In this document: positions 54,391-64,000 of the stretch, piece by piece | How the letters are laid out: every line of letters starts with the position of its first letter | Numbering within the stretch: the stretch's first letter is position 1 | Source: Armatimonadota bacterium | Lineage (GTDB): Bacteria; Armatimonadota; SYMT01 | Reading direction: 5' to 3' | Length of the DNA stretch: 64,000 bases | Assembly: GCA_041690135.1 (NCBI GenBank) | Contig: JAWLHY010000005.1 | Location: 128,001-192,000 of the forward strand | The notes under the pieces: model-generated | Told to the model about the DNA's origin: nothing | Database searches by the model: none | Seen by the model: the letters and a program-made list of their open reading frames with translations, nothing else | Program-made: the position numbers and the translations under genes

Positions 54391-55605
54391 TTAACGGGTG
54401 ATTTCGAGTTCCTGGAGGCACGGCCCTTGCGTGGTGGCGAGCAGGTCGAGCACACGGCGGGCGTTGTGTTTCCAGAGGTGCTGGGTGAGAACCTTTTCCC
54501 GGGCGGCGACCCCCAGTCGCTCCCGCAGGCCGGGGTCAGACAGGAGCGCCCGGAGATGTGCCCGCAGCCCTTCCGGGCTCTCCGGCTCGAAGAGGAGACC
54601 GGTGCGGCCATCGTCGACGGCTTCTTCCAGGGAGTGGTAGCGCGGCGCGATCGGCGCTTTGCCCATGGCCATGTATTCGAAGGCTTTCACGGGGGAAACG
54701 AACGGGTTGGCGCCGGGAACCACGGCGATATCCATGGCGGCGATGTGGTCGGGCACCTGGGCGTGGGGCACCTTTCCGGCGAAGACGACGTGGCGGGTTA
54801 GCCCCAGTTCTTCCACCAGCGCCTCGACCTCGGACCGCCGGGCACCGTCGCCCACCAGCAGCACGCGGAGGTCGGGAAACTCGGGGGTCAGCTCCGCGGC
54901 GACACGGATCAGGAGTTCCACGCCGTGCCACTTGGTGAAGGAGCCGATGAAGCCGACCACGGTGGCGCCGGCGAGACCGTGAACCTCGCGTACCGCCTCC
55001 CCGTCGGCGCGTTCGGGGTCGAACTTCCCCGGATCGACGGCGTTCGGGATGGCGCGGACGCGCTCCGGCTTTGCGCCCAGAGCGAGGATCTGCTCGCGGA
55101 GGTATTCCGAGACCGGTAGGACCGCCGTGGCGTTGCGGCAGATGTATCGCTCGAAGGCCGCCGCCAGTCCCGGCATGGCCGTGCGCTTGCCCTGGCGCGT
55201 GCGGTCCTCTCCCGCCAGGTCGTTTATTTCGACCGCGATGGGAATTCCCGTGAGGCGGCTGACGAGGACGCCGGCCACGTTGAAGCCGGCGTAGCGCTCG
55301 TAGATCAGGTCCGGCTTACTGGCGCGGCACCGGCTCCACAGGCGGGGAACCGCGGCCAGGTTGTAGCCGAGCTCCAGGAGTTCGAAGAGGGCTTGAGGCG
55401 CATAGCGGGCGATCCAGCCCCAGAAGGTGCCGGTCCTCCCCTTCTCCGACGCGACCACGATCTCGGGGTTCACATCGACGCCGGGCGGGCCGATGATCTC
55501 GACCTCGTGACCGTTTTCGCGGAGGCCGCTCACGATCCCCATGATGTGGACGGCTTCGACGCCGCGACCCTGGGTGCGGTGGTGGTAGAGCGCGCGCACG
55601 TTCAA
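54391..55605 (-). CDS. Glycosyltransferase family 4
   Basis: TTG start overlapping the upstream TGA (or GTG at 55599); DLIYERY, IPNAVD, GFIGSF.KWHGV, SPVKAFEYMAMGK. Confidence 0.9.
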   Translation of the reverse strand: MNVRALYHHRTQGRGVEAVHIMGIVSGLRENGHEVEIIGPPGVDVNPEIVVASEKGRTGTFWGWIARYAPQALFELLELGYNLAAVPRLWSRCRASKPDLIYERYAGFNVAGVLVSRLTGIPIAVEINDLAGEDRTRQGKRTAMPGLAAAFERYICRNATAVLPVSEYLREQILALGAKPERVRAIPNAVDPGKFDPERADGEAVREVHGLAGATVVGFIGSFTKWHGVELLIRVAAELTPEFPDLRVLLVGDGARRSEVEALVEELGLTRHVVFAGKVPHAQVPDHIAAMDIAVVPGANPFVSPVKAFEYMAMGKAPIAPRYHSLEEAVDDGRTGLLFEPESPEGLRAHLRALLSDPGLRERLGVAAREKVLTQHLWKHNARRVLDLLATTQGPCLQELEITR

Positions 55606-56774
55606 TTCTCCTCCCCCACGGTGAGGGCCAGGTGGAGGGTGTCCCTCAGGGTGCGGCCGAACTGGTCCCAGGACAGGCAATCGACGGAGCCGCGGAGGGC
55701 GGCAGGGTCCCATGTGCGGTCCACGGCCTGGGCCAGAGCCTCGGCGAGGGCTGCGGGATCTCCGGCGGGCACCAGGATGCCGGTATCCTCGCGCAGCAGC
55801 TCGGGCACGCCGCCGACGGCGGAGGCGACCACGGGACGACCGGAGGCGAGGGCCTCCAGTACCACGTTGGGACAGCCTTCGCGGAAGCTGGGCAGGCAAA
55901 GGACATCCGCGGCAGCAATCCAGTCCGGCACCTCCGCGTGAGGGCGCCGCCCGCAGAAGCGAACCTGCTCTTCCAGCCCCTCCCGGGCAGTGAACGCGCG
56001 GAGTTCGCCTTCCAACGTGCCGCCGCCCACCATGGCAAGCGTGATCTCCCCCCTCCCCGCCTGACTCAGGTGCCGCATCGCGTCGAGGAGCACCGCCACC
56101 CCTTTTTCCGGATAGAAGTTCCCGACGTAGCAGAGCGTGGGCCGGTCGGATGGCAGGCCAAGACGGGCCCGAGCTTCGCGGCGGTCGCGTGGGCGGAACC
56201 GTTCGCCGTCCACTCCGTTCCGCTGGACGAGCACGCGGTCGCCGGAAATCCCAAGGTCGATGGCCCGCTCGCGGAGCGCGGCGCTGACGGTGATGACGCG
56301 GCGGGCGCACTGCAGGCCCCAGTGGACCTGCTTCTTCAACGCCGGGTGGCGCGGCACCTCGTTGAGGTCGCTGCCCAGCACCATCGTCACCAGTGGTACC
56401 CGCAACTCGCGCGCCAGGTGCGCCGCGGCCACGCCATCCGGGTAGGCCCAGGCCGCCAGGATGACGTCGAACGGGAACTCCTTCCGTAAGCGAAGGATCT
56501 GGCCGCGAAGGGAGTGATACATCCCGCGCGCGTGGAGGGCCGGCCGGCCGGGTATGGACCAGTAGCTGGGATAGGAGGCGCGCAGGCCTTCCACAACCTC
56601 CAGGGGTGGGACAAACCACTCCCGGGGTCGCCGGGCACGGGTCCACCATGGCAGCGGTGCAATGACGCGGCTGTCGCAGTACCGGGAAAGCGCGTGGAAT
56701 CCCTGGCGGTTGAACACGCCCCGCGTGGGCTCGCGGCTAGAGGGGAAGAGGTTCGAGAGCAGCAAGGCTTTCAC
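55602..56774 (-). CDS. Glycosyltransferase family 4 (TuaC-like)
   Basis: MKALLLSNLFP....P.RGVF, WAYPDG.AA, GSD.N, NGVD, LPSFREGCPNVVLEALASGRPVVAS.VGGVPE. Confidence 0.92.
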   Translation of the reverse strand: MKALLLSNLFPSSREPTRGVFNRQGFHALSRYCDSRVIAPLPWWTRARRPREWFVPPLEVVEGLRASYPSYWSIPGRPALHARGMYHSLRGQILRLRKEFPFDVILAAWAYPDGVAAAHLARELRVPLVTMVLGSDLNEVPRHPALKKQVHWGLQCARRVITVSAALRERAIDLGISGDRVLVQRNGVDGERFRPRDRREARARLGLPSDRPTLCYVGNFYPEKGVAVLLDAMRHLSQAGRGEITLAMVGGGTLEGELRAFTAREGLEEQVRFCGRRPHAEVPDWIAAADVLCLPSFREGCPNVVLEALASGRPVVASAVGGVPELLREDTGILVPAGDPAALAEALAQAVDRTWDPAALRGSVDCLSWDQFGRTLRDTLHLALTVGEEN

Positions 56775-57367
56775 ACCGGCACCGAGACCTCTTCTGACGA
56801 GGGAAGCAGATCCGTCGCGCTCGCGACCCGGCGCCCGTAGATCTTCACCACCCGCGCGGGAATGCCGACCGCCGTGGCCCCGTCCGGCAGGTCGCGGGTG
56901 ACCACCGCATTCGCGCCGATCTTCACGTCGGAGCCGACGCGTACCGGGCCGATGATCTTGGCGCCGGCGCCGATGAACACGTTGTCTCCCAGGATAGGGC
57001 TCTGGCCCTTTTCCGCGCCGATGGTCACTCCGTGCTCCAGCACCAGGTTACGCCCCGCTTTAACGTTGGTGTTGATAACGATGCCGAAGCTGTGGAGGAT
57101 CACCAGCCCCGGACCGAGCTCCGCGCCGCGCCCGATGACCACGTGGCCGATGGCCGCGTTCAGGCGGTAGAGGGCCATGGCGAGGGGCTTGAGGTGGTGG
57201 GTCTGGCAGAACCGCATCAAGCGGTAGAGGATCTGCGCCGTGCTGCCGTCGCTGAAGGCCATGCGCAGCAGCGATTTCGAGGTCGGGGGAAGTTCGTACC
57301 ACTCCGCCTTGCGCCGGAGATCTGCCAGCACTTCGCTCCACATAGCCTCGTCGCTTGCTGGGGCCAA
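56771..57367 (-). CDS. Serine-acetyltransferase-like hexapeptide O-acetyltransferase (WcaB-like)
   Basis: IGRGAELGPGL.ILHSFGIVI, PILGDNVFIGAGAKIIG.V.VG..V.IGANAVV..D.P..ATAVGIPAR; start may be 57343. Confidence 0.9.
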   Translation of the reverse strand: MAPASDEAMWSEVLADLRRKAEWYELPPTSKSLLRMAFSDGSTAQILYRLMRFCQTHHLKPLAMALYRLNAAIGHVVIGRGAELGPGLVILHSFGIVINTNVKAGRNLVLEHGVTIGAEKGQSPILGDNVFIGAGAKIIGPVRVGSDVKIGANAVVTRDLPDGATAVGIPARVVKIYGRRVASATDLLPSSEEVSVPV

Positions 57368-57522
57368 TGCGGTCTCTGTCGTGGATGGCGAGGAGGCCCC
57401 AGTCCCTCATACTCCTCGCTTCAAGTGCAGCCGACAAGGGAGGTGTGCAGTGTTGCGTAAAGCGCGTGCTCACATTCGGGGCGGCTACGAAGGCAATGAT
57501 GCGGCCTCGGACGTGAGGTTGA

Positions 57523-57551
57523 TGCGTAATGCGTATTGCGTATTGCGTATT
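57523..57551 (+). repeat. Heptamer tandem repeat TGCGTA(A/T) x4
   Basis: tgcgtaa-tgcgtat-tgcgtat-tgcgtat. Confidence 0.8.
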
Positions 57552-57723
57552 GGGAACCGCCTGGGACAGGAGGAGTTTCGGTGTTCAGGGGTTGGGCAGA
57601 CAGACGGTGGGGTAGCCGGTCGACGTTTTCGCCAGTCCCATGCTTCCGAGGTTGATCTCGTTCGGTTGGGGTGTTACCTTTTCTCATCCTGCTCTCCCTT
57701 CCATCCTGTTCCTTCTCCTCGAA

Positions 57724-58836
57724 ATGCCTAACCTGTCGCAGCGCCTTTACGATCTGGAGATCACGGCCCGGGCGGCCCTGGCGGGCTCACGGAACCGACG
57801 GCTGGTCCGGCCGGGGGAACTGCCGGGGGGGACGGACCTGTTCCTGTGCCTGGTGGACCATTACGAACCACAGATCGGGAGGCCAGCGCGGCAGCGGGCG
57901 CGGGAACGGGTGGAAGATTGGTTGGAGCGGTATCCGCGGATCGCCGGGTGTCACCGGGACGCGGACGGGCGGGTGCCGGCGCACTCCTTCTTCTATCCCT
58001 GGGATGAATACGACCCGTGGGAGCTGGAGCGCCTGGTGGAACTCTGCCGGGCGGGATACGGGGAGCTGGATCTCCATTTGCATCACGCGGACGATACGGA
58101 GGAAAGCCTGCGCCGGACCTTTGCCGAGGCGGTATCGGTCTATGACGCGGCGGGTGCCCTCCCCCACTGGCCGGACGGTCGGCCGGCTTTCGGCTTCATC
58201 CACGGTAACTGGGCGCTGGACAATTCCCGCATCGAGCATGGCCGTAACTTCTGCGGGGTGAACCGGGAGCTGGACCTCTTACGGGAGGCCGGCTGCTATG
58301 CCGATTTCACCTTTCCGGCGTGGCAGCACCGGGCACAGCCGCGGTGGCCGAACCGCATCTACTACGGGCTCGACGGTCCGGAGCCCAAGTCGTATGAACG
58401 GGGAGTGGAGGCGCAGGCGGGATCTCCCGCGCCGGAGAACGGTCTACTGCTGGTGCACGGCCCCCTGGCGCCGTTCGCGAGGAAGGGCCGGCCGGCGATG
58501 GATGACGGTGACCTGGCCCACTACCGGCGGTACCGCCCGAGCCGCCTGGACCGCTGGGTCCGTACGGGCGTGCACGTGCTGGGGCGTCCGGACTGGGTCT
58601 TCATCAAGCTCCACACGCACGGAGCGGCAGATGAGAACCGCCAGGCGCTGCTGGGCGAGGACCTGGAGGCGCTGTTTACGGATGCCGCCCGACGCTACAA
58701 CGACGGAAAGCGGTACCGGCTGCACTACGTGACGGCCCGGGAGATGTTCAATCTCGTCAAAGCCGCGGAGGCGGGTTTGGCACTCTCCCCGGCGGAGGCC
58801 CGGAATTATGTATTGCCGAGCCCATTCACCGGGTGA
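57724..58836 (+). CDS. Conserved hypothetical protein, polysaccharide-deacetylase-like
   Basis: LCLVDHYEP, HSFFYP, GELDLHLHH, FIHGNWALDNS, GCYADFTFP, FIKLHTHG, LHYVTAREM.N. Confidence 0.65.
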   Translation: MPNLSQRLYDLEITARAALAGSRNRRLVRPGELPGGTDLFLCLVDHYEPQIGRPARQRARERVEDWLERYPRIAGCHRDADGRVPAHSFFYPWDEYDPWELERLVELCRAGYGELDLHLHHADDTEESLRRTFAEAVSVYDAAGALPHWPDGRPAFGFIHGNWALDNSRIEHGRNFCGVNRELDLLREAGCYADFTFPAWQHRAQPRWPNRIYYGLDGPEPKSYERGVEAQAGSPAPENGLLLVHGPLAPFARKGRPAMDDGDLAHYRRYRPSRLDRWVRTGVHVLGRPDWVFIKLHTHGAADENRQALLGEDLEALFTDAARRYNDGKRYRLHYVTAREMFNLVKAAEAGLALSPAEARNYVLPSPFTG

Positions 58837-58915
58837 GTCCGGTTCGGGTGTCGGTGGGTGGTTGAAGGACATTACTCGCCATGGGGTTTGCATTCCCTGC
58901 GTGGGGAGCGGACCA

Positions 58916-59992
58916 CTAGCGCAGGAGGGTGGTGTAGAGCTCTTCGTACTGGGAGGTCATCGCGTCGTAGGAGAAGTCGCGTTGGACCCTTTCCCGCGCC
59001 GCTCGGCCGAGTTGGAGGCGCAGGGAAGGATTGCAGGTGAGGCGGGCAATCGCCGCCGCCAGTGCGTGGACGTCTTCCACGGGGATCAGCAGCCCCTCGC
59101 GATCGGGGGTCACGACCTCCGGGATGCCGCCGACGGGGGTGGCGACCACCGGCAGGCCGAAGGCCATGGCCTCCAGAACCGAAAGCGGGAGCCCTTCCGT
59201 AAGGGATGGCAGCAGGAAGAAGTCCGAGGCGGCCAGGAGGTCCGGCACGTCGCGCCGGAACCCGAGGAAGCGCACGTGGTGGTCGTCCAGCCCGAGCCGC
59301 CGGGCCTGTGCCTCCAGGTCTTGCCGGACAGCGCCGTCGCCGGCAAGCAGCACCAGCGGCGCCTCTCCTCGCTCCTGCCGTTGCGCCAATGCCTCCAGCA
59401 GGGTGGCGTGTCCCTTGAGGCCATCCATCCGGGCCACCATGACGCCGACTACTGCCGCGGCGGGCAGCCCTAACTCGTGGCGCATGGTGCGCCGGTCCCG
59501 TAGTTCGCCGGGCAACTCGATGCCATTGAGGATGACCTGGAGGCGACCGGCCAACTCGGGTCGCTGGAGTTGCGGCACGGCCCCCGCGGAGACGGCGACG
59601 ACAGCGTCCGTCTGGTCCCACTCCGCTTGCGACGGTTCCCGTGCGTGTGCGGCGCCGATGCCGTGGTAGGTCATCACCACCGGCGCGCGGGTGAGCCGCT
59701 TGCCGAGACGTGCGTAGTGGAGGGCGGTGGGGTTATGGGCGTGGATGACCTGCGGGCGGAGCCGGGCGAAGCATGCGAGGCCGCGCGCCACCCGCAGGTG
59801 CTTCTGACGTCCGCCCAGCACGTGCGCGGGGAGGCCCAGATCGCGCGCCGTGCTCCGGAGGGGGCCGTCGCGTAAGGCGAGAACCGTAGCGGCATGCCCG
59901 CTCCGGCGCTGCCGGGCCGCCAGGCGGAGGACGAACTGCTCCATGCCGCCGACTTCCAGGCTACTGACCACGTGGACGATGCGCAGCGGCAT
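58916..59992 (-). CDS. Glycosyltransferase family 4
   Basis: RIVHVVSSLEVGGME, IHAHN, ILNGI, KGH..LL.A, LPSLTEGLPLSVLEAMA.GLPVVAT.VGGIPE. Confidence 0.92.
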   Translation of the reverse strand: MPLRIVHVVSSLEVGGMEQFVLRLAARQRRSGHAATVLALRDGPLRSTARDLGLPAHVLGGRQKHLRVARGLACFARLRPQVIHAHNPTALHYARLGKRLTRAPVVMTYHGIGAAHAREPSQAEWDQTDAVVAVSAGAVPQLQRPELAGRLQVILNGIELPGELRDRRTMRHELGLPAAAVVGVMVARMDGLKGHATLLEALAQRQERGEAPLVLLAGDGAVRQDLEAQARRLGLDDHHVRFLGFRRDVPDLLAASDFFLLPSLTEGLPLSVLEAMAFGLPVVATPVGGIPEVVTPDREGLLIPVEDVHALAAAIARLTCNPSLRLQLGRAARERVQRDFSYDAMTSQYEELYTTLLR

Positions 59993-60011
59993 AGGAGGTC
60001 GTGGAGGCTGC

Positions 60012-61814
60012 CTAACCACTGCCCGCGGCGGCCGGCGTCGCGCCCGCCGAACCTGTGCGCGGGGTGGTGTTGGTGACCGTGGCGATCACCGCCTTGGGCT
60101 CGCCCTTGACGCGGGGCTCCACCGCGGTAAAGCCCTGCAGCCCTTCCAGGAGCGGGTGACCCTTGCCGTTGATGCGGATGCTTGTCGGCGGTTGGCGCTT
60201 GGACTCCTTGGCGCGGTTGTAGACCACGTTCCACCGCAGGAAGACGTCGTAGATCGTGCGCCACTCCGCGGAGTACTCGCGGGAAGACTCCGTGAGGAAC
60301 AGCCAACGGGCATTCGCAAACTGCTTGCGGAACTCCATCACGTTGCCGTCGGTTTTGGGAATCCAGATCGCGGGCCGATCGGCATACCAGGCGACGACCC
60401 AGGGATGGTCGGAGAGACAGACATCCTGACGGCGAGTGATATCCGAGAGGGCGCGCGCGACCCCCACCGAACCGAGCGGCTCCACCTTCTGCACCCGCAG
60501 TTGGGTGTCGTAGACGAGGGGCAGCGCGATCACCAGCACGCCGATGGTGCTGACGAGGGCGACGGTCGGCCGGCTGAGCTGGGCCTCCGCCATCAGGTGG
60601 ATCAGGAACGCGATGGCGAAGAGAATCGCCGCGGGGATGAGGGCCACGAACAGGGGCATGTCGATCTGGAAGATGACCGTGCCCCAGAGGAGCGCGAATC
60701 CGATCGCGACGATGACGCCGCGGACGATGTTGGCGGCGGGATTGGCCAGCCGGAACAACAGCGCGGGAAGGAAGAAGGCGAGCAGGTAGCTGGCATTGAT
60801 GGTCGGCAAAGTGTAAAGCACCTCCCCCACCGATCGCGCCAGCTTCCGCAGCACCTCATCCACGAGCGAGACCCCCTGGGAGATCTCGGTCGGCATCATC
60901 CGGTACGTGTCCCACCGAGGGTAGGTTTCGGTGTTCATCACCAGCTCGAGACCGCGGAGCCCGAAGAAGGGGTTGCCGGACACCATGCCGTTGCGGACCA
61001 TCCACGGCACGGCGGTCACCAGCACCGGCAGGAAACACCAGCCCAGGGCCTTGATCCAGCGGGAGCGACAGAGATACACCGCATAGATCAGGACGACCGG
61101 CAGCACCCAGAGGAACACCGGCTCCGTGAGGTAGAGCAGGCTGGCCAGCAGCCCCACCATGATCAACTGCGTGCGGGGCAGCGCCACCACGGGTTGACCG
61201 ACATGGGCGATCTCGTAGGTCGCCAGGTTGTAGAGGACGAAAAGGAGCGAGGTGGTGAGAAAGATGTAAAGGGTGACGTGGAGCCCGGACGAGGCATACT
61301 CCAGGATCAGCGCGTTGAACACATAGACCAGGGCCGTCACCATCCCGACGGTGCGATTGAACAACCGCCAGCCCAGCATGAAGAGCACGGGAATGGTAAG
61401 GATGTAGAAGAGCCCGGAGACCATCGCGACGACGTTGTCGTTGGTCCCCCCGACACCAAAGGCCAGCGCCAGAATGAAGGGGTAGAGCGGACCGTGCATG
61501 ACGTCCGGCTGCTTGAGCGGGTTCTCGCCGAACGACATCGCGAGCGGGCGGATAACGTAGGTCACGAAGCCGCGCCCGGCGCTGAGGTTCCGGCCCAATT
61601 GCGCGAAGTCGAGGGCCTCGGTGTTGGTGAGGCCCGGAAACATGGCTTTGCAGTAAAGCCACAGCAGGATCGGGGGCCCCACCAGCAGGAAGATGGCGAT
61701 CAGCCAGGTGCGAAGGCGTACCTCACTGGGCTCGGGGGTCATCCCATCGCCGCGAGGTCGCGTATCTCTCCGCAGGATCCTCAGTTTTTTGACTCTCACG
61801 CCGCTCTTCCTCAA
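60012..61814 (-). CDS. ArnT/PMT-like (GT-C) membrane glycosyltransferase
   Basis: ALDFAQLGRNL..GRGF, PLYPFILA..F, many TMs, PWMVRN....GNPF; start may be 61742. Confidence 0.7.
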   Translation of the reverse strand: MRKSGVRVKKLRILRRDTRPRGDGMTPEPSEVRLRTWLIAIFLLVGPPILLWLYCKAMFPGLTNTEALDFAQLGRNLSAGRGFVTYVIRPLAMSFGENPLKQPDVMHGPLYPFILALAFGVGGTNDNVVAMVSGLFYILTIPVLFMLGWRLFNRTVGMVTALVYVFNALILEYASSGLHVTLYIFLTTSLLFVLYNLATYEIAHVGQPVVALPRTQLIMVGLLASLLYLTEPVFLWVLPVVLIYAVYLCRSRWIKALGWCFLPVLVTAVPWMVRNGMVSGNPFFGLRGLELVMNTETYPRWDTYRMMPTEISQGVSLVDEVLRKLARSVGEVLYTLPTINASYLLAFFLPALLFRLANPAANIVRGVIVAIGFALLWGTVIFQIDMPLFVALIPAAILFAIAFLIHLMAEAQLSRPTVALVSTIGVLVIALPLVYDTQLRVQKVEPLGSVGVARALSDITRRQDVCLSDHPWVVAWYADRPAIWIPKTDGNVMEFRKQFANARWLFLTESSREYSAEWRTIYDVFLRWNVVYNRAKESKRQPPTSIRINGKGHPLLEGLQGFTAVEPRVKGEPKAVIATVTNTTPRTGSAGATPAAAGSG

Positions 61815-61838
61815 ATGTCCGTGCGGAGCTAACGGGCT

Positions 61839-63176
61839 CTACAGATACCGGACGGTGGCCGGGCCTTCATAAGTGCGGGTCGCGTTACGGGTGTCCACCA
61901 CCAGGTCCGCGTCTCGCTTCACCATCTCGTAGTCGAAATCGCCGTGGTGCGTGACGATCACCACGCAGTCCGCTTCCCGTAACGTTTCGGGTGAGAGCGG
62001 CTGATGGGCATACTGGGCAGTCCCCACGGAGAACTCCGGCACGTAGGGATCGGAATAGCTCAGTTTCGCCCCGCGTTCTTCCAGCAGGCGGAAGATGGCG
62101 ACCGCCGGGGTCTCACGAGCGTCGCCTACGTTCGGTTTGTAGGCTACCCCCAGGATATGGATGCGGCTGTTGCGGACACACCGTTCCCGCTCGTTCAACG
62201 CCTCGGTGACGAGATCGACCACGTAGCGTGGCATGCTCTCGTTGATCTCGCTGGCGAGGCTGATGAAGCGGGGCTCGTAGCCGCTGAGCCGGGCCTTCCA
62301 GGAAAGGTAGTGGGGATCCAGCGGAATACAGTGGCCGCCGATCCCGGGACCCGGGTAGTGGGCCATGAAGCCGAACGGCTTGGTCGCGGCGGCGTCGATC
62401 ACGTCCCACACATTAACGTCGAGGTGACGGCAGATGATCGCCATCTCATTGGCCAGGCCAATGTTCACGCTGCGGAAGGTGTTCTCCAGCAACTTGGCGG
62501 CCTCCGCCACCCGCGGGTTGGCGACCGGGATTACCTGGCGAATCACCTGACTGTATAACGCAACTCCGAGCCGCGTGCAAGCGGGCGTCACCCCGCCGAC
62601 CAGCTTGGTGATGGCGGCGACGTTGAAAGTGGGATTTCCCGGATCCACCCGTTCGGGAGAAAAAGCGAGGAAAAAGTCGCGCCCTACCTCGAGCCCCTTT
62701 TCCCGGAACATCGGCAGGAGGATCTCCTCTGTCGTGCCGGGGTAGGTGGTGCTTTCCAGGACGATGAGCTGTCCGGGGCGGAGGCACCCCGCGACCGCCT
62801 CACCGGCGGCGAGGATGGCGCTGAGGTCGGGATCTTTGGACTTCCGCAGGGGGGTAGGCACGCAGATCAGCACGACATCCGCCTGCGACAGTACGGACAT
62901 GTCGGTGGTGGGATGAAACCGGCCGCTCTCCAGAGCCTCCGCCAGTTCTTCGTCCCGCAAATCCGAGATGTAGGACTGGCCCGCGGCCAGCATGGCGCAC
63001 CGCTCGGGCGCCACTTCCAGACCGAAGACGGACAGGCCGCCCCGGGCGAACTCCAGGGCCATGGGGAGGCCGACGTAACCCATTCCCACGACCGCCACGC
63101 GCGCCCGTCGTGTCGCAATCGCCGCCTGCAATGCGTGCTCGGTGCTGGGATCTTCTGTTGAACTTCCGGCTTGCAT
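61839..63176 (-). CDS. UDP-N-acetyl-hexosamine 6-dehydrogenase (WbpA/WecC family)
   Basis: VVGMGYVGLP, ICVPTP, LESTTYPGTT, FSPERVDPGN, KLLENTFR.VNI, GGHCIP.DP, GVAYK.NV.D.RE. Confidence 0.95.
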   Translation of the reverse strand: MQAGSSTEDPSTEHALQAAIATRRARVAVVGMGYVGLPMALEFARGGLSVFGLEVAPERCAMLAAGQSYISDLRDEELAEALESGRFHPTTDMSVLSQADVVLICVPTPLRKSKDPDLSAILAAGEAVAGCLRPGQLIVLESTTYPGTTEEILLPMFREKGLEVGRDFFLAFSPERVDPGNPTFNVAAITKLVGGVTPACTRLGVALYSQVIRQVIPVANPRVAEAAKLLENTFRSVNIGLANEMAIICRHLDVNVWDVIDAAATKPFGFMAHYPGPGIGGHCIPLDPHYLSWKARLSGYEPRFISLASEINESMPRYVVDLVTEALNERERCVRNSRIHILGVAYKPNVGDARETPAVAIFRLLEERGAKLSYSDPYVPEFSVGTAQYAHQPLSPETLREADCVVIVTHHGDFDYEMVKRDADLVVDTRNATRTYEGPATVRYL

Positions 63177-63203
63177 GAAACACCTGATGACAGAGGCCGC
63201 TCC

Positions 63204-64000
63204 TCATTCGGAGGCAAGCGACAGAGCGTGCGGGCGGAGGTAGCTTTCGACCGTGCGGGCCAGCCCCTCAGCAAAGGTTACCGCCGGATGGTAACCCAGC
63301 CGGGATGCCGCCTTGCGGATATCGGCGTGTGACTTTCGCAGGTCGCCCGGCTGGGCCGGGTGGAACTCGGGAGCGACTTCCACCTGCAGGAGGTCCTGCA
63401 GTGCAATCAGCACTTCCCGCAGCGTAACAGTACCGCCGCACGCGATGTTGAACACTTCACCGGCCCCGTCCGGCGCGTGTGCGGCCAGGAGATTCCCTTG
63501 AACCACATTGGCTACAAAAGTAAAGTCGCGCGATTGGAGGCCGTCCCCGTAAATTATCGGCGGACGCCCCGCTTGCAGAGCCGCAATGAAGCGCGGAATT
63601 ACAGCAGCGTAGGTGGAGTTGGGATTCTGCCGAGGCCCGAAGACATTGAAGTAGCGGAGTACCACGGTTTCCAGGCCGTAGCATGCGCGGAAGGCGCGGC
63701 AGTAATTCTCGCCGGCGAGTTTCGATACCGCGTAAGGGGAAAGTGGAAGCGGGCTGAGTTCCTCGGACTTCACCGGCGCCGGATTCTCGCCATAGACGGA
63801 AGAGGAAGAGGAGAAGATGAACCGGCGCACCCCGGCATCGCGGGCCGCGGTCAGCAGATTCAAGGTGCCGCCCACGTTCACCGCATTGGAGGTGTGCGGG
63901 TCCCGCACGGATCGCGGGACGGAGCCGAGAGCCGCGAGGTGGAAGACCCGGTCGACATCCTGGCAGCCGTGACGGCAAGCAGCGAGATCCCGAAGATCCC
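63204..64000 (-). CDS. NAD-dependent UDP-GlcNAc(A) 4-epimerase (WbpP-like), 5' end outside window
   Basis: VFHLAALGSVPRSV.DP, SSSSVYG, SPYAVSK (YxxxK), LRYFNVFGPRQ, GDG.QSRDFT. Confidence 0.92.
   Translation of the reverse strand, partial: DLRDLAACRHGCQDVDRVFHLAALGSVPRSVRDPHTSNAVNVGGTLNLLTAARDAGVRRFIFSSSSSVYGENPAPVKSEELSPLPLSPYAVSKLAGENYCRAFRACYGLETVVLRYFNVFGPRQNPNSTYAAVIPRFIAALQAGRPPIIYGDGLQSRDFTFVANVVQGNLLAAHAPDGAGEVFNIACGGTVTLREVLIALQDLLQVEVAPEFHPAQPGDLRKSHADIRKAASRLGYHPAVTFAEGLARTVESYLRPHALSLASE

Noticed and set aside
59850-61832. Long antisense or alternative-frame ORFs (e.g. 59850..61832 +, 1142..2686 +, 25006..26496 -, 32298..33764 -, and the 5' part of 54391..56649 -)
   Set aside because: Shadow ORFs expected in high-GC DNA; they overlap well-supported genes and show no recognisable motifs.

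Overview
GC-rich bacterial chromosomal window, most likely Armatimonadota. This is inferred from a DUF1559 prepilin-like protein with the [23 protein letters not shown] signature and from intergenic 7-8-mer tandem repeats. From left to right it holds: (i) a partial DUF3488/transglutaminase gene and DUF58; (ii) an amidohydrolase / PmoA-family / secreted glycosidase-like unit; (iii) an ~11 kb envelope module of a Cys-rich redoxin, two paralogous 7xCxxCH cytochromes, two CRTAC1/ASPIC-UnbV lipoproteins, two TPR proteins, a DUF1559 prepilin-like protein and a small lipoprotein, which is the best candidate for an uncharacterised system; (iv) DUF4864, recG, a response regulator and a membrane protein; (v) a PSD1/DUF1549-DUF1553 + DUF1501 + hydrolase + cytochrome c' module; (vi) an orphan ParB-like gene, a HAD hydrolase, an enolase-superfamily enzyme and pyrE; (vii) a ~29 kb Wzx/Wzy-type polysaccharide locus with a Walker-A-degenerate Wzc, nine intact GT2/GT4 enzymes plus a priming transferase and an ArnT-like GT, three methyltransferases, a sulfotransferase and an acetyltransferase. 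I saw no rRNA, tRNA, CRISPR array or transposase. All family assignments come from motif recognition by eye, not from database searches.
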